A DNA stretch of 64,000 nucleotides from an uncultured Veillonellaceae bacterium (GCA_963805085.1 CAWDTA010000005.1:448001-512000); one strand, 5' to 3'; counted from the stretch's first letter, positions 39,409 to 50,230 are shown. Notes: generated from the letters alone by a model not told the origin. Made by a program: numbers and translations.

Positions 39409-41382
39409 ATGAATGAACTTAATTTAGATAATGTAAAAATAACAGATCCATATTGGATTCATTACATGGAATTGATTCGTACAAAAATGATTCCTTATCA
39501 ATGGGATGTATTAAATGATAAGGCTGATATTGTTATTGAAAAAGAAAGAGATGCTGACCATATTCCCTCAGAAAAAAGCCATGCAATTGAAAATTTTAAA
39601 ATTGCTGCTGGTTTGACGGTAGGACACCACTACGGCATGGTTTTTCAGGATAGTGATGTCTATAAGTGGCTGGAAGCAGTCGCTTATTCGCTGCACCAGA
39701 CGTATGATGAAAATTTAAAAGAGCTGGCTGATGGTGTAATCGACCTTTTGGCACAGGCACAAGAAAAGGACGGTTATCTTAACTCGTATTTTACAGCGGA
39801 AGATCCGTCTCGAAAATATAAAAGGTTATATCAAAGTCATGAACTCTATTGTGCCGGGCATTTCATCGAAGCGGCGGTAGCCTATTATACGACGACTGAA
39901 AATCAAAAGGCATTGAATATTGCTTGTAAGCTTGCTGACCATATTGATTCTATCTTTGGTGATGCGCCCCAGAAGCTGAAAGGATATGACGGGCATGAGG
40001 AAATAGAATTAGCCTTGCTCAGATTATATGAAGTTACAGGTAAGAAAACTTATTTGGAACTTAGCCGATTTTTCCTGTATGAACGGGGGAAAGATGCTGG
40101 CTTTTTCAAGCGGCAGGTAGCTGAGGACTCAAATAAGAAACGATTAATAGAAGGTATGGAACAATTCCCTGCCAGTTATTATCAAGTGCACAAGCCGATT
40201 ATAGAACAGGAAACCGCCGAAGGACATGCAGTACGAGTTGTATATATGTGTACAGCAATGGCAAATCTTGCGTATTTGAATAAGGACGTAAAAATGCTGA
40301 CGGCCTGTCGACGTCTGTGGAAAAACATTGTAACAAAACGTATGTATATTACAGGCGCAATTGGTTCGACAGTAATCGGTGAATCTTTTACCGCTAATTA
40401 TGATTTGCCCAATGATACAATGTATGCAGAAACTTGTGCCTCCATAGGACTTATCTTTTTTGCTAGCAATATGCTGAAAAATGAACGTAAAGGGGAATAT
40501 GCAGATGTAATGGAGCGAGCATTATATAATACAGTGTTGAGTGGCATGGCACTAGACGGAAAGCATTTCTTTTATGTAAATCCTTTAGAAGTTGTACCTG
40601 AATACAGTAAAAAAGATCCAGGGAAAAGTCATGTAAAAGTTACTCGTCCGGCTTGGTTTGGTTGTGCATGTTGTCCGCCGAATATTGCCAGAATGGTGAC
40701 CTCGCTCCATCACTATGCGTATACGGTTCATGACAACGAAATTTATACCAACTTATATCTAGCCAATCAGGCAATAATAAAGCTAAATGGGAAAAATATA
40801 AATATTGAGCAGACTACCAACTATCCTTGGGAAGGAAATGTACGTTTTGTAATCCAAACAGAAGAGTCGGCACCTTTTATTTTTAGTCTACGTATTCCGA
40901 ATTGGGCAGAGAGCTATACAATCAAAGTAAATGATGAATTGTATACTGCTGCGCAACAAGATGGTTATGTTCCGATAGAGCGTATATGGGAAAATGGCGA
41001 TGTAGTAACCCTTAATCTGGATATGAGCATTCATGCTTATACAGCCAATCCACAGGTGCGTACTGATTTACATAAAGTAGCAGTGCAGCGTGGTCCTCTG
41101 GTATTTTGTGCGGAAGGCGTCGATAATGGTGCAAATTTGCAGCTTATTCATTTGACCAAAGAAACGAGATTTCAATATGAGTTTGTACCCAAGCAATTCA
41201 ATGGTGTTGGTATTATTAAAGCTAATGCAGAAAAAATGAATATTGAAGAAGAATGGGAAGATAAACTTTACAGAAAAGAAGTTTCAAGTACGTTTACCCC
41301 TATGATTGTTACCTTGATTCCCTATTATTGCTGGGCGAACCGTGGTGAAAATGAAATGCTGGTTTGGTTAAATAAGAAATAA
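39409..41382 (+). CDS. GH127 beta-L-arabinofuranosidase
   Basis: FQDSDVYKWLEA, HELYCAGH, GHEEIELAL, GHAVR, YAETCAS, CACCPPN; ATG at 39409 (ORF track 39388). Confidence 0.93.
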   Translation: MNELNLDNVKITDPYWIHYMELIRTKMIPYQWDVLNDKADIVIEKERDADHIPSEKSHAIENFKIAAGLTVGHHYGMVFQDSDVYKWLEAVAYSLHQTYDENLKELADGVIDLLAQAQEKDGYLNSYFTAEDPSRKYKRLYQSHELYCAGHFIEAAVAYYTTTENQKALNIACKLADHIDSIFGDAPQKLKGYDGHEEIELALLRLYEVTGKKTYLELSRFFLYERGKDAGFFKRQVAEDSNKKRLIEGMEQFPASYYQVHKPIIEQETAEGHAVRVVYMCTAMANLAYLNKDVKMLTACRRLWKNIVTKRMYITGAIGSTVIGESFTANYDLPNDTMYAETCASIGLIFFASNMLKNERKGEYADVMERALYNTVLSGMALDGKHFFYVNPLEVVPEYSKKDPGKSHVKVTRPAWFGCACCPPNIARMVTSLHHYAYTVHDNEIYTNLYLANQAIIKLNGKNINIEQTTNYPWEGNVRFVIQTEESAPFIFSLRIPNWAESYTIKVNDELYTAAQQDGYVPIERIWENGDVVTLNLDMSIHAYTANPQVRTDLHKVAVQRGPLVFCAEGVDNGANLQLIHLTKETRFQYEFVPKQFNGVGIIKANAEKMNIEEEWEDKLYRKEVSSTFTPMIVTLIPYYCWANRGENEMLVWLNKK

Positions 41383-41411
41383 ATGTGTACAGAATATAGA
41401 ATTAACCTTTA

Positions 41412-41449
41412 TGAATACTGACATATAGCTATCAAGCGTTAGTCAGTTC
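41412..41449. repeat. degenerate palindromic repeat family C
   Basis: GAA.ACTGAC....AGC...GCGTTAGTCAGTTC; upstream AGAATATAGAATTAA resembles 36617-36636. Confidence 0.5.
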
Positions 41450-41455
41450 CTAATA

Positions 41456-41513
41456 AAAAGTTCCTGCTAAGTTTGTATTGCTTTAGCAGGAACTTTATTT
41501 TTAACAAAGAATT
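41456..41513 (+). promoter_or_regulatory. terminator-like hairpin plus sigma-H-like promoter (repeat family H)
   Basis: AAAGTTCCTGCTAA...TTAGCAGGAACTTT ATTTTT...AGAAT. Confidence 0.6.
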
Positions 41514-41626
41514 GTAAGTTTATAGTATTATTTAACTTGGGGGATGCATTTTAAATGCTGAGTTGTATTTGATAATAGCCTATTTTACTATAAATAAACT
41601 AAATTATAAGGAGCGCGATTACTACT

Positions 41627-42211
41627 ATGACAGAAAAAGAAAAAATGTTAAATGGTAAGCCTTATTTTTCATTTGGTGAAGAACTTGCAAGAGAAAGAAT
41701 GAATGCAAAAGAATTGGTTTTTAACTTCAATAATTTACGACCAAACGAATCTGCAAAGCGGGGTATTATTGTAAAAAAACTTTTTGGAAAAATAGAAAGT
41801 ACATTTACGATTGAAGCTCCGTTCCATTGCGACTATGGCTATAATATTTCAATTGGAGAAAATTTTTATTGCAATTATAATTGTACAATTTTAGATTGTG
41901 CGAGGGTTACAATTGGTAACAATGTCTTCTTTGCACCTAATGTAAGTATTTTTACTGCAGGACACCCTGTATATCATGAATTAAGAAATACTAATATTGA
42001 GTATGCACTTCCGATTACTATAGGTGATAATGTTTGGCTAGGAGGGAATGTTGTCATAAATCCAGGCGTCACTATTGGTGAAAATACTGTGATCGGTTCT
42101 GGGAGTGTAATAACTAAGAGTATCCCAGCAAACGTAGTTGCTGCGGGCAATCCGTGTAAAGTAATTAGAGAAATTACTGAGAAAGACAAAAACTGTTACG
42201 TTAAAGAATAA
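41627..42211 (+). CDS. maa: sugar (maltose/galactoside) O-acetyltransferase
   Basis: MTEKEKML.G, PFHCDYGYNI, IGDNVWLGG hexapeptide repeats, AGNPCKVIR. Confidence 0.92.
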   Translation: MTEKEKMLNGKPYFSFGEELARERMNAKELVFNFNNLRPNESAKRGIIVKKLFGKIESTFTIEAPFHCDYGYNISIGENFYCNYNCTILDCARVTIGNNVFFAPNVSIFTAGHPVYHELRNTNIEYALPITIGDNVWLGGNVVINPGVTIGENTVIGSGSVITKSIPANVVAAGNPCKVIREITEKDKNCYVKE

Positions 42212-42229
42212 CTGCGGAATAATGTCAGG

Positions 42230-43216
42230 TTACAAATCATTTACAACGTTTTCTGGTTGTTCACCTTTAAGAGTTCGTTGAATATTTTCAATCGCTTTTC
42301 CGAGCATCATTTGGAAACTGCTAACGGTGACGCCACCCATATGTGGTGTAATCAATAGCTTATCCTGAGCTATTGTTGAAAGATTCAATAAAGGATGCGT
42401 ATCTGGTAATGGCTCTGGTGCCATTACATCAATGGCTGCGCCAGCAATTTGTCCAGATTCTAAGGCATCAGCCAAGGCAATTTGATCGATAATCTCGCCC
42501 CGTGCGGTATTGATTATCAGACAACTTGGCTTCATCTGTGTAAATTCATGTGTACCAATCAGGCCTCTAGTATCATCCGTTAATGGTGTATGGATACTAA
42601 TGATGTCACTGCTAGAGATTAGAAGATCCAGCGGTTTATAATGGATGCCTAGCTCAGCTTCGATAGCGGCAGATTTACGGGTACGACTATAATAACTAAC
42701 GGACGCACCTAGAAAACTAAGCATCTTGGCAACCTCACCACCGATTAAACCAGCCCCGATTAGACCGATGGAACTGCCAGCTATTTCGGTCATGCCTTGC
42801 TGAAATAAGTGCTGTCTGACTTTGGTATAATGCCCTTTTTTAGTTTCCCGATCCGCGATAGCCAGACTGCGCTGTAATGCAATGATTAATCCAAGTGTAT
42901 ATTCAGCTACCGTATGGGCATTCTGTCCAGGCACATTGGCAACCTGTATTCCCAGCTGTTTTGCAGTTTTGGTATCTACGCCATCGTAGCCAGCCCCGGC
43001 TGACTGGATCAGCTTGATGTGAGCAATATTTTTCAGAACAGTGGCATTGATATTTTTTGTAGCTGCTGGTATTAACAAGCATTCTGCTTCACGGCAAGCT
43101 ATAATTAAATCCTCAACGTTGGGTGAATTGATAAATTTGACATGCCAGTTTTCTGGGATGTCGATTTTTGCTGCCTCAAATCTCCATTTAGGCATCATAC
43201 TAGCAATGATTGACAT
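42230..43216 (-). CDS. D-2-hydroxyacid dehydrogenase family protein
   Basis: GLIGAGLIG, INTARG, AAIDV..PEP, ITPHMGG; ATG at 43216 after GGAGG. Confidence 0.92.
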   Translation of the reverse strand: MSIIASMMPKWRFEAAKIDIPENWHVKFINSPNVEDLIIACREAECLLIPAATKNINATVLKNIAHIKLIQSAGAGYDGVDTKTAKQLGIQVANVPGQNAHTVAEYTLGLIIALQRSLAIADRETKKGHYTKVRQHLFQQGMTEIAGSSIGLIGAGLIGGEVAKMLSFLGASVSYYSRTRKSAAIEAELGIHYKPLDLLISSSDIISIHTPLTDDTRGLIGTHEFTQMKPSCLIINTARGEIIDQIALADALESGQIAGAAIDVMAPEPLPDTHPLLNLSTIAQDKLLITPHMGGVTVSSFQMMLGKAIENIQRTLKGEQPENVVNDL

Positions 43217-43447
43217 AAAAAGCCCCCCTCCTAAAAATAAGGCCATTATAGCATGTTTTTTAGGAGAATTTGTAGCTTTTTTCTAGAAATAAAGTATACA
43301 TAAGTGTTATTTGCAGAGAGACTCATAAAATCATCAGTTTTTTATGGTAAAAGTATTTAAAAATTACAGTTTATGTAATATAATGTATATGTGTCGTGTC
43401 ATAACATTCATTAATATAATTATCAATTATATATATTATCAGATAAG

Positions 43448-45250
43448 GTGGTTATCGTAATGCATATATTAAATTCTGTAAAGGGAAGGCTTGTCCTTCT
43501 ATTTGTAGCAATCAGTACACTTTCTATAGTACTCGTTGGTGCATATTTTATTTTTTCGACCATCCAAAATAACAACCAAGCCAATGTATTATACCAAAAA
43601 AACTTAAATGACCAATTTGATCGCGAGCTTAGGTTACAAACAGAAGGATTAGTTAGTTCGTTAGATGCAATCTATAATGAACAAAAAGCTGGTAAGATCA
43701 CAGAAGAACATGCCAAACAGCAGGCAATTGATGTCATTAAAGCAGTAAAATACGATGACTATGGTTATTTCTTTGCCGATAATTTAGACGGTGTCTGTGT
43801 TGCTCATGCGACTTTAGGTAAAAAGGTTGAAGGCAAAAATCGTTTAAACGACAAAGATAGCCAAGGCGTCTACTATATGCAAGAAATTTTTAAAGCAGCC
43901 AAACAAGAGGGCGGCGGCTACAGTAATTTTTCTTTTCCAAAACCCAATGAAACGCAGGATTTACCCAAACGTGGATTTTCTATGCTCTTTAAGCCATATG
44001 GCTGGGTAATTGCAACTGGTGCTTGGGTTGATCACATTGATGGTTTGGCTAAAAAGCATAAAGAAGAAACGGAAAAAGAAGTCTATCATCAAATTTTTGT
44101 TTCCTTCGTAATTTTAGTAGTAATTCAAATTTTTATTGCTTTTCTAGCGATTTATCTTGCAAAAAATTTTTCCGAGCCAATCATTACCGCTACCCGTCAT
44201 CTTCAAAAATTTGCCACGGGGGATTTTTCTAGCAATGGTGAAGTGAACTTATTTGGTGATCGCAAAGATGAATTCGGGGCAATGGACCAAGCATTTAGAG
44301 AATTGACAAACAATATGAATAAATTGATTCATACCATTCATCATTCAGCTGGACAAGTTACGGAAGATGCAACACAATTAAGCCTTAGTGCGGAGCAATC
44401 TGCTGCGGTCAGCAATCAAATTGCACAGTCGATCACTGATGTTGCTGCTGTGACGAATAAACAGCTTCTTGCTGTAGACTCTGCTACAAAAGTTATTGAA
44501 CAATTGTCTGCCAGTATGGAAGAAGTTACAGCAAATGCTATCGAATCGGCCGATCATGCAATGAGAGCTACAACGACTGCCCAGGATGGAACAAAGGTGA
44601 TCGAAAATGCTGTTCAGCAAATGCAACTCATCGAAAAAGCAGTAAACAATTCTGCCCGTGTAATTTGCAAACTCGGTGAACGTTCACAAGAAATTGGACA
44701 GATCGTCGATACGATTTCTGGTATCGCTGGTCAAACCAATCTATTAGCGTTAAATGCCGCAATTGAAGCAGCTCGTGCAGGTGAACAAGGGCGTGGATTT
44801 GCTGTAGTTGCCGAAGAAGTGAGAAAACTTGCCGAGCAGTCACAAGTAGCTACTGAAAAAATTGCTACCCTTATCGGCGAAATTCAGACAGATACCGAGC
44901 AAGCTGTTGTCACGATGAATGAAGGCACAAAGGAAGTTGAAATGGGTGCAACTGTTGTTGATACGGCAGGTAAATCTTTTATGGAAATCGTAGAGCTTGT
45001 TGATAACGTTGCAAAACAATCCCAAAACATAGCAGTCAATATTCAAGAAATGGCAGATCACACTGAAAAAATTGTTACCTCTATTCAAGACATTGATAAG
45101 ATGAACAAAAATGTCGTAACTGATTCTGAAACTGTATCGGCAGCGACAGAAGAACAAGCTTCATCTGTCGAAGAAATGAGTAGCGCCAGTAAAGAACTTG
45201 CTGATATGGCACAAGCATTACAGGATGCGATTCAAAAATTTAGAATTTAA
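43448..45250 (+). CDS. methyl-accepting chemotaxis protein (sCache_2 sensor)
   Basis: [25 protein letters not shown]; MCPsignal motif. Confidence 0.95.
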   Translation: MVIVMHILNSVKGRLVLLFVAISTLSIVLVGAYFIFSTIQNNNQANVLYQKNLNDQFDRELRLQTEGLVSSLDAIYNEQKAGKITEEHAKQQAIDVIKAVKYDDYGYFFADNLDGVCVAHATLGKKVEGKNRLNDKDSQGVYYMQEIFKAAKQEGGGYSNFSFPKPNETQDLPKRGFSMLFKPYGWVIATGAWVDHIDGLAKKHKEETEKEVYHQIFVSFVILVVIQIFIAFLAIYLAKNFSEPIITATRHLQKFATGDFSSNGEVNLFGDRKDEFGAMDQAFRELTNNMNKLIHTIHHSAGQVTEDATQLSLSAEQSAAVSNQIAQSITDVAAVTNKQLLAVDSATKVIEQLSASMEEVTANAIESADHAMRATTTAQDGTKVIENAVQQMQLIEKAVNNSARVICKLGERSQEIGQIVDTISGIAGQTNLLALNAAIEAARAGEQGRGFAVVAEEVRKLAEQSQVATEKIATLIGEIQTDTEQAVVTMNEGTKEVEMGATVVDTAGKSFMEIVELVDNVAKQSQNIAVNIQEMADHTEKIVTSIQDIDKMNKNVVTDSETVSAATEEQASSVEEMSSASKELADMAQALQDAIQKFRI

Positions 45251-45257
45251 CTCTACA

Positions 45258-45302
45258 TACTAACAGCTCCTATCAAATTTTATGATAGGAGCTGTTAGTT
45301 TT
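45258..45302 (+). terminator. intrinsic terminator
   Basis: ACTAACAGCTCCTATCA...TGATAGGAGCTGTTAGTTTT. Confidence 0.88.
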
Positions 45303-45516
45303 ATAAAGGAGTATGAGGTTAGTGGCGGTAATTTGGCTAATCATAATAAGGATTTTTACTTTTGGAGTATAAGTTCTTACAAATTATCTTTTAAAGGGGA
45401 AGGAACTTTATTTTTTTATGTAGAAATATATTAAGTACAAATAAATTAATAATAATGTAGGACGTTATATAAAAGAGAAGATTATTTATATTGTGATAAA
45501 GGAGGGACGAGAAAGT

Positions 45517-45921
45517 ATGGAGCTTGCTAGTTGCCCTATATGTGGAAAGTTATATATGAAGAGTGCCATTGAAATGTGTCCGAGTTGTTTGGCACAAGAA
45601 GAAGAAAATGAGGCAATCGTTGCTGAATATGTTAGAACGCATCATCGCTGCACCATCGAAGAAGTTCATAAAGTTACGGGAATCAAGGAAATCGTTATCT
45701 ATCGTATGATTGAGAGTGGTCATCTCCAAGAATGCGAAAATTTATATTATCCTTGTGATCAATGTAAGAAAATTATTAACAAAGGACGTTTATGTAAAAC
45801 ATGTATGGAATCTTTTCTAGACCAAGTAAAAGAGATGAAGTCTAAAGATGAAAATGTGGAAAAAAGAAAAAATGGGTACCAATCGGCCGGAATGTATACT
45901 AAAAAATATGATAATTATTAA
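45517..45921 (+). CDS. YvyF-like flagellar-associated zinc-binding protein
   Basis: LASCPICGKLY...CPSC, V.EY.R, EV...TG, YPCDQC..I..GRLC..C. Confidence 0.75.
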   Translation: MELASCPICGKLYMKSAIEMCPSCLAQEEENEAIVAEYVRTHHRCTIEEVHKVTGIKEIVIYRMIESGHLQECENLYYPCDQCKKIINKGRLCKTCMESFLDQVKEMKSKDENVEKRKNGYQSAGMYTKKYDNY

Positions 45922-46057
45922 TGGTCGTCTTCTTCCATCAGCTATCGAAAAAATCCTCTGAACTAGTGATGCTTTAAAATTATTTTGACGGTATGATCGT
46001 TCCTTATTGCTTATTGCATACATATTATGTAATAAAGCAATTTGAGGAGGACTCGTA

Positions 46058-46882
46058 GTGGATATATTTTGTCGAGAAGTAAAGCCGTATGAGTGTCTTA
46101 ATATGAAGCGCGTGCAGTTTTGGCTTCAAATAATGAAGGAACATGCCTTATTCATGAAGCTAGGCTTTGCTTGCTCCGATAAGGAGCTTATTTGTCAAGC
46201 AGAAGAATTCTATCAAACTTTTGAAAAACTTGAAAAACATTCACGCAATATAGAATGTGATGAAGAGTTTATGACCTTTGTTAGTAAGATTTTGGTTACG
46301 GTAAAAAATATATTTGCTTTTAAACGTCATGTTTTACATCTACTGATCGAATGTCAAATTGGAGGCTATAATTATCCTTTGTTGATTGACCATATTTCTC
46401 GTGAAGCTATGTATTTTTTGAAACTTCTCCAGAAACTTCAGGATGGTGAGATGAAACATCCCGTTGATTCGATCGTTAGTGACAACGTTTTTTGGCTCAG
46501 GCATATGGCAGACCATGCTAGATTTATCGTAGGCTTACTGGATCCTTCAGAAAGAGGCTTTGTTGAAAAAGCAAATGCCCTTGCAGTTCAGTTTGAACAA
46601 TTACAACTTCAAGCGCGTGACCTTGACAGTATGCTGTGGCATTTCTGTCCCAATAATGATCTTATTCGGTTTGAAAAAGATGTAAAGCAAGCAACGATTC
46701 AAATTCGAGATTTTAAACAGACTGCTAGAGATTTAATCTCCTCTTGCCAAGTGATATCTTTGATTCCGCCGTTATTAGCAGATCATGTACTTCGAGAAGC
46801 GGAATACTTCTTAGAAGTTCTCGAACAAATACAGCGTGACATTCCAAATATGGATGGACAGATACTTACCTGTGATTACTAA
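46058..46882 (+). CDS. DUF2935 domain protein
   Basis: Duplicated FWL..M..HA.F and PLL.DH..REA.YFL motifs. Confidence 0.88.
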   Translation: MDIFCREVKPYECLNMKRVQFWLQIMKEHALFMKLGFACSDKELICQAEEFYQTFEKLEKHSRNIECDEEFMTFVSKILVTVKNIFAFKRHVLHLLIECQIGGYNYPLLIDHISREAMYFLKLLQKLQDGEMKHPVDSIVSDNVFWLRHMADHARFIVGLLDPSERGFVEKANALAVQFEQLQLQARDLDSMLWHFCPNNDLIRFEKDVKQATIQIRDFKQTARDLISSCQVISLIPPLLADHVLREAEYFLEVLEQIQRDIPNMDGQILTCDY

Positions 46883-46918
46883 TTTTAATAATGAAACTGG
46901 ATTTTTGTAATTCAAAAG

Positions 46919-46952
46919 TAAGTCATCAACAATTAAATTTGCTGATGACTTG
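46919..46952. terminator. hairpin / terminator
   Basis: AAGTCATCAACAA...TTGCTGATGACTT. Confidence 0.55.
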
Positions 46953-46995
46953 TTAATTTAGACGAAATAAAAATCATTCAAAGGGAAATGAAAAA

Positions 46996-47796
46996 ATGGA
47001 ACTTAAGAAAAAAATTACGAGTATGATTCAGAACTATATTTGTGAATATCAGAGAAATTCGGACATTACATCTAAGTGGGGTGAACCATTAGTGGGATTT
47101 GCTGATGCAAAGCATCCAGATGTTTTTAAACTAAAGGAGCTTATTTCAGAGCAGCATGTTATGCCTAGTGAGGTAATACAAGAGCCAACAATTATTATCG
47201 CTTATTTTGTTCCTTTTACAAAGGAGCTTGCAGATACCAATAAAGTAACTAGGGATTCGGCATCGCCGGAGTGGGCCCGTACCTATGAAGAAACAAATGC
47301 GATGTTTGGAAAATTGAATCAGCATTTAATTGAAGAATTAAAGAAAATGGGCTATGAGGCAGGAATTTCAAAAGAGGCAACAACCTTTGATCGAAAAAGT
47401 TTAATCAGCCATTGGTCGCAACGTCATATTGCAAGAATTGCAGGACTTGGAACCTTTGGCATCAATAATATGTTGATTAGCAAGAAAGGTTGTTGTGGGC
47501 GTTATAGTACAGTAGTTACGAATTTAAATGTAGTGCCAGATAAACCTATGGAAGAGGAGTATTGCCTGTATAAAAGTAAAGGAATATGTGGTGTATGTGT
47601 AAAACATTGTCCTTCAGGAGCATTAAATTTTGAAGGATATGACAGAAAGAAGTGTTTTCAGGTCTGCCTAAAAAATGCAGAGCTTTATAAAGACTTTGGT
47701 AGTTCTTATCTAGAGCAAACAGGAACGAGTGCGAATAGTGCTGGCAGCGAAGTATGCGGAAAATGTGTCGTAAACGTACCGTGCTCGTTTAAGTAA
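46996..47796 (+). CDS. epoxyqueuosine-reductase-like 4Fe-4S protein
   Basis: WSQRH.A..AGLGTFG.N, GR, C....CG.C...CP, CGKC...VPC. Confidence 0.82.
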   Translation: MELKKKITSMIQNYICEYQRNSDITSKWGEPLVGFADAKHPDVFKLKELISEQHVMPSEVIQEPTIIIAYFVPFTKELADTNKVTRDSASPEWARTYEETNAMFGKLNQHLIEELKKMGYEAGISKEATTFDRKSLISHWSQRHIARIAGLGTFGINNMLISKKGCCGRYSTVVTNLNVVPDKPMEEEYCLYKSKGICGVCVKHCPSGALNFEGYDRKKCFQVCLKNAELYKDFGSSYLEQTGTSANSAGSEVCGKCVVNVPCSFK

Positions 47797-47870
47797 GTGA
47801 TACATATAAAAATGTGGACAATCAGTGTTGTAGTCTTAGAATATATGTAAAGAATTTTTAATAGATAGAG

Positions 47871-48167
47871 GTGATTCGATTGTCTATTGAGATTAAAGGA
47901 TATTATAAATTGCCAGGAAATGCAGAACCGCAATTGGTCGATTTTGCGGTTCTGTTTGATACATCTTTTATGCGTAAATTTACACGGTATAAATCTTTTG
48001 AAAAATTTCTAGCCGGAGGGAAATTTAATATAACTTGTCAGCAAGATTTTGAATTGTTGCCAGAAGAACAGATGGATAAGCACGTGACGAAAAATACGAA
48101 TTTTTCCAGTTGGCAAGAAATGTTGGATTTTGCTACCGATAAATATATTTTGCGTAAAAATTTTTAG
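47871..48167 (+). CDS. hypothetical protein
   Basis: GAGG RBS region; LF..SFMRK.T...SFE.FL...T.FSSWQEML pattern. Confidence 0.75.
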   Translation: MIRLSIEIKGYYKLPGNAEPQLVDFAVLFDTSFMRKFTRYKSFEKFLAGGKFNITCQQDFELLPEEQMDKHVTKNTNFSSWQEMLDFATDKYILRKNF

Positions 48168-48293
48168 CCCAGAACCTAGAATAACGTTCCTATCTAACGA
48201 TTTCAATTCTTCGGATAGTGTAGCACTATTGGGGATATAATAGAGTTATCCGCATACACCGAAGATTATTATCACTAAGATGGAGGTCTATTC

Positions 48294-48866
48294 GTGGTCA
48301 AAAAGAATTGGTCGATATTTACAATCACTTCAATTTTTTTTATCGTACAAATCGCGATTATGATTGCACTAGATTATAAAGATCGCCACGATTATTTGCG
48401 AAGCGTCGCAGGAACTACCTGCTTTTGGATGGGATATACCTTCTTAGAGGTAAAGTATCATCTGAAGATGAACACCTATGTTCGCATTCTGATGGTGTTG
48501 ACCATTTTTTTTGACGCTTTATTCGGCTCTTATTTTGATCTTTATGCTTCTTCTTTTGTCTTTGATAAAGTACTTCATTTCTTTGGTACATATGCATTTT
48601 CATTATTTGCGTACATTTTGGTGATGCAAATGCAGACTACCCCAATAGACTGGCCAGTGAAATTTATCCTAGTGCTCTGCCTTGGGTTAAGTCTAGGAGT
48701 TTCTTATGAAATCTTAGAGTTTATTACTGATAGCATCTCACATCCCGTTCCACCAAGTCAGCCTAGTTTATTGGATACCGATATCGACCTCATAGGAGAT
48801 TTGATAGGAGCATCACTGGCTGCATTTCACGCGATTTCTAGAAAGTTCGTAAATAAAGAATTTTGA
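48294..48866 (+). CDS. membrane protein (YjdF/DUF2238-like)
   Basis: TM-rich; FDK.LH, YEILEF..D, DT..DL..DL.G motifs. Confidence 0.72.
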   Translation: MVKKNWSIFTITSIFFIVQIAIMIALDYKDRHDYLRSVAGTTCFWMGYTFLEVKYHLKMNTYVRILMVLTIFFDALFGSYFDLYASSFVFDKVLHFFGTYAFSLFAYILVMQMQTTPIDWPVKFILVLCLGLSLGVSYEILEFITDSISHPVPPSQPSLLDTDIDLIGDLIGASLAAFHAISRKFVNKEF

Positions 48867-48909
48867 TCTTATGGGGATATCAATGTGCCTGATTTTATGC
48901 TTTTTAATA

Positions 48910-48970
48910 AAAAGTTCTTGCTAAAATATGTATGATTTTGGCAGGAACTTTATTTGTTATGGGGAAATGT
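48910..48970 (+). promoter_or_regulatory. terminator-like hairpin plus sigma-H-like promoter (repeat family H)
   Basis: AAAAGTTCTTGCTAAAA...TTTTGGCAGGAACTTTATTT...GGAAAT. Confidence 0.55.
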
Positions 48971-49044
48971 AATCTTAATAGAAATTTGTCGTGTATGAGT
49001 AAAATGAAATACGAAGGCTCGGACATTTCTTTAGGAGGTTTATC

Positions 49045-49665
49045 ATGAACTATATATTACATAAACAAACACAGTTATATAGATTTTTAAATTATTGTAA
49101 TGAATGCAATTTAGAAAAAGTTGTATTGGATTGTGGAGCAGGAGGAAGCTATCCGCCACTAGCTATTTTTGCAGAACATGGATATAAAACTTATGGAATT
49201 GAACTAAATGAAGTACAAATAAAAAAAGCCCAAAGTTTTTCAAAGAAAAATAATCTTCAGCTAAGTATTTGTAAGGGAGATATGCGTAAGCTTCCTTTTG
49301 CAGATGAGTCAATTAGTTATATTTACTCTTATAATTCAATTTTTCATATGAAAAAAATTGATATTAAAAAAGCAATTAATGAAATAAAACGCGTGCTAAA
49401 ACCAAATGGCATCAGTTGTATAAATTTTCTGTCCATACAAGATGAAGGGTATGGCAGTGGTGAACGATTAGGAAAAGATGAATTTTTACAAATCGAAAGA
49501 GATGAGACCGTTATACATTCTTATTATGATATTGATGAAGCTGAGATGTATTTTAAAGATATGAAAATTATCTTTAAAGAAAATAGGGTTTTACATGTGA
49601 TACAGGAAGATAAAAAAATCATACAAGGCTATATTGACTATATTGTAAAAAAAACAGTGAAATAA
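49045..49665 (+). CDS. class I SAM-dependent methyltransferase
   Basis: VLDCGAGG, GDMRKLPF.DES, EIKRVLKPNG. Confidence 0.92.
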   Translation: MNYILHKQTQLYRFLNYCNECNLEKVVLDCGAGGSYPPLAIFAEHGYKTYGIELNEVQIKKAQSFSKKNNLQLSICKGDMRKLPFADESISYIYSYNSIFHMKKIDIKKAINEIKRVLKPNGISCINFLSIQDEGYGSGERLGKDEFLQIERDETVIHSYYDIDEAEMYFKDMKIIFKENRVLHVIQEDKKIIQGYIDYIVKKTVK

Positions 49666-49746
49666 GAGGATAACGTAAGTTTATCAATATTCAGATGTTA
49701 CTAAGCAGATAAAGTGCTAATTAAATAAAGCTGCAAGGAGGAGTTC

Positions 49747-50193
49747 ATGATGAAAGTATCACTAGTTGAAGAAGCAGTAAACAGGTTTAAGGAAGGTCTA
49801 TCGTGCTCGCAAGCGATATTTGTTACCTATGGAAAACACTATGGGATTGATGAAGAGATTGCAAAAACGATATCCAGTTCCTTTGGCGGTGGCATGTGCC
49901 GTACTTGCCAAACATGTGGGGCTGTAACTGGCGCATACATGGTTTTAGGCTTTATCAATCATGAGGATAATGAGAAATTGGCCAGGGAAAAGACATATGC
50001 TCTAGGTCAAGAATTCTCTAATAAATTTAATGAAATCCATGGAAGCGTAAACTGTCAACAGCTGACAGGCTGTGATCTTGGGACTACTGAGGGATGGGCG
50101 CGCTTTAAGACCAATAATCTTAGTCAGGAATGTATGGGATTTGTTAGAGATTCTGCACTCATTCTAGAAGAGTTAATTAAAGAACATGCGTAA
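49747..50193 (+). CDS. C-GCAxxG-C-C family putative redox protein
   Basis: CSQA, FGGG, CGAVTG, GSVNC..L, C..FV. Confidence 0.9.
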   Translation: MMKVSLVEEAVNRFKEGLSCSQAIFVTYGKHYGIDEEIAKTISSSFGGGMCRTCQTCGAVTGAYMVLGFINHEDNEKLAREKTYALGQEFSNKFNEIHGSVNCQQLTGCDLGTTEGWARFKTNNLSQECMGFVRDSALILEELIKEHA

Positions 50194-50230
50194 TGTCCCC
50201 TAATGCCTAAAACGCAAAATTTAACAAAAC

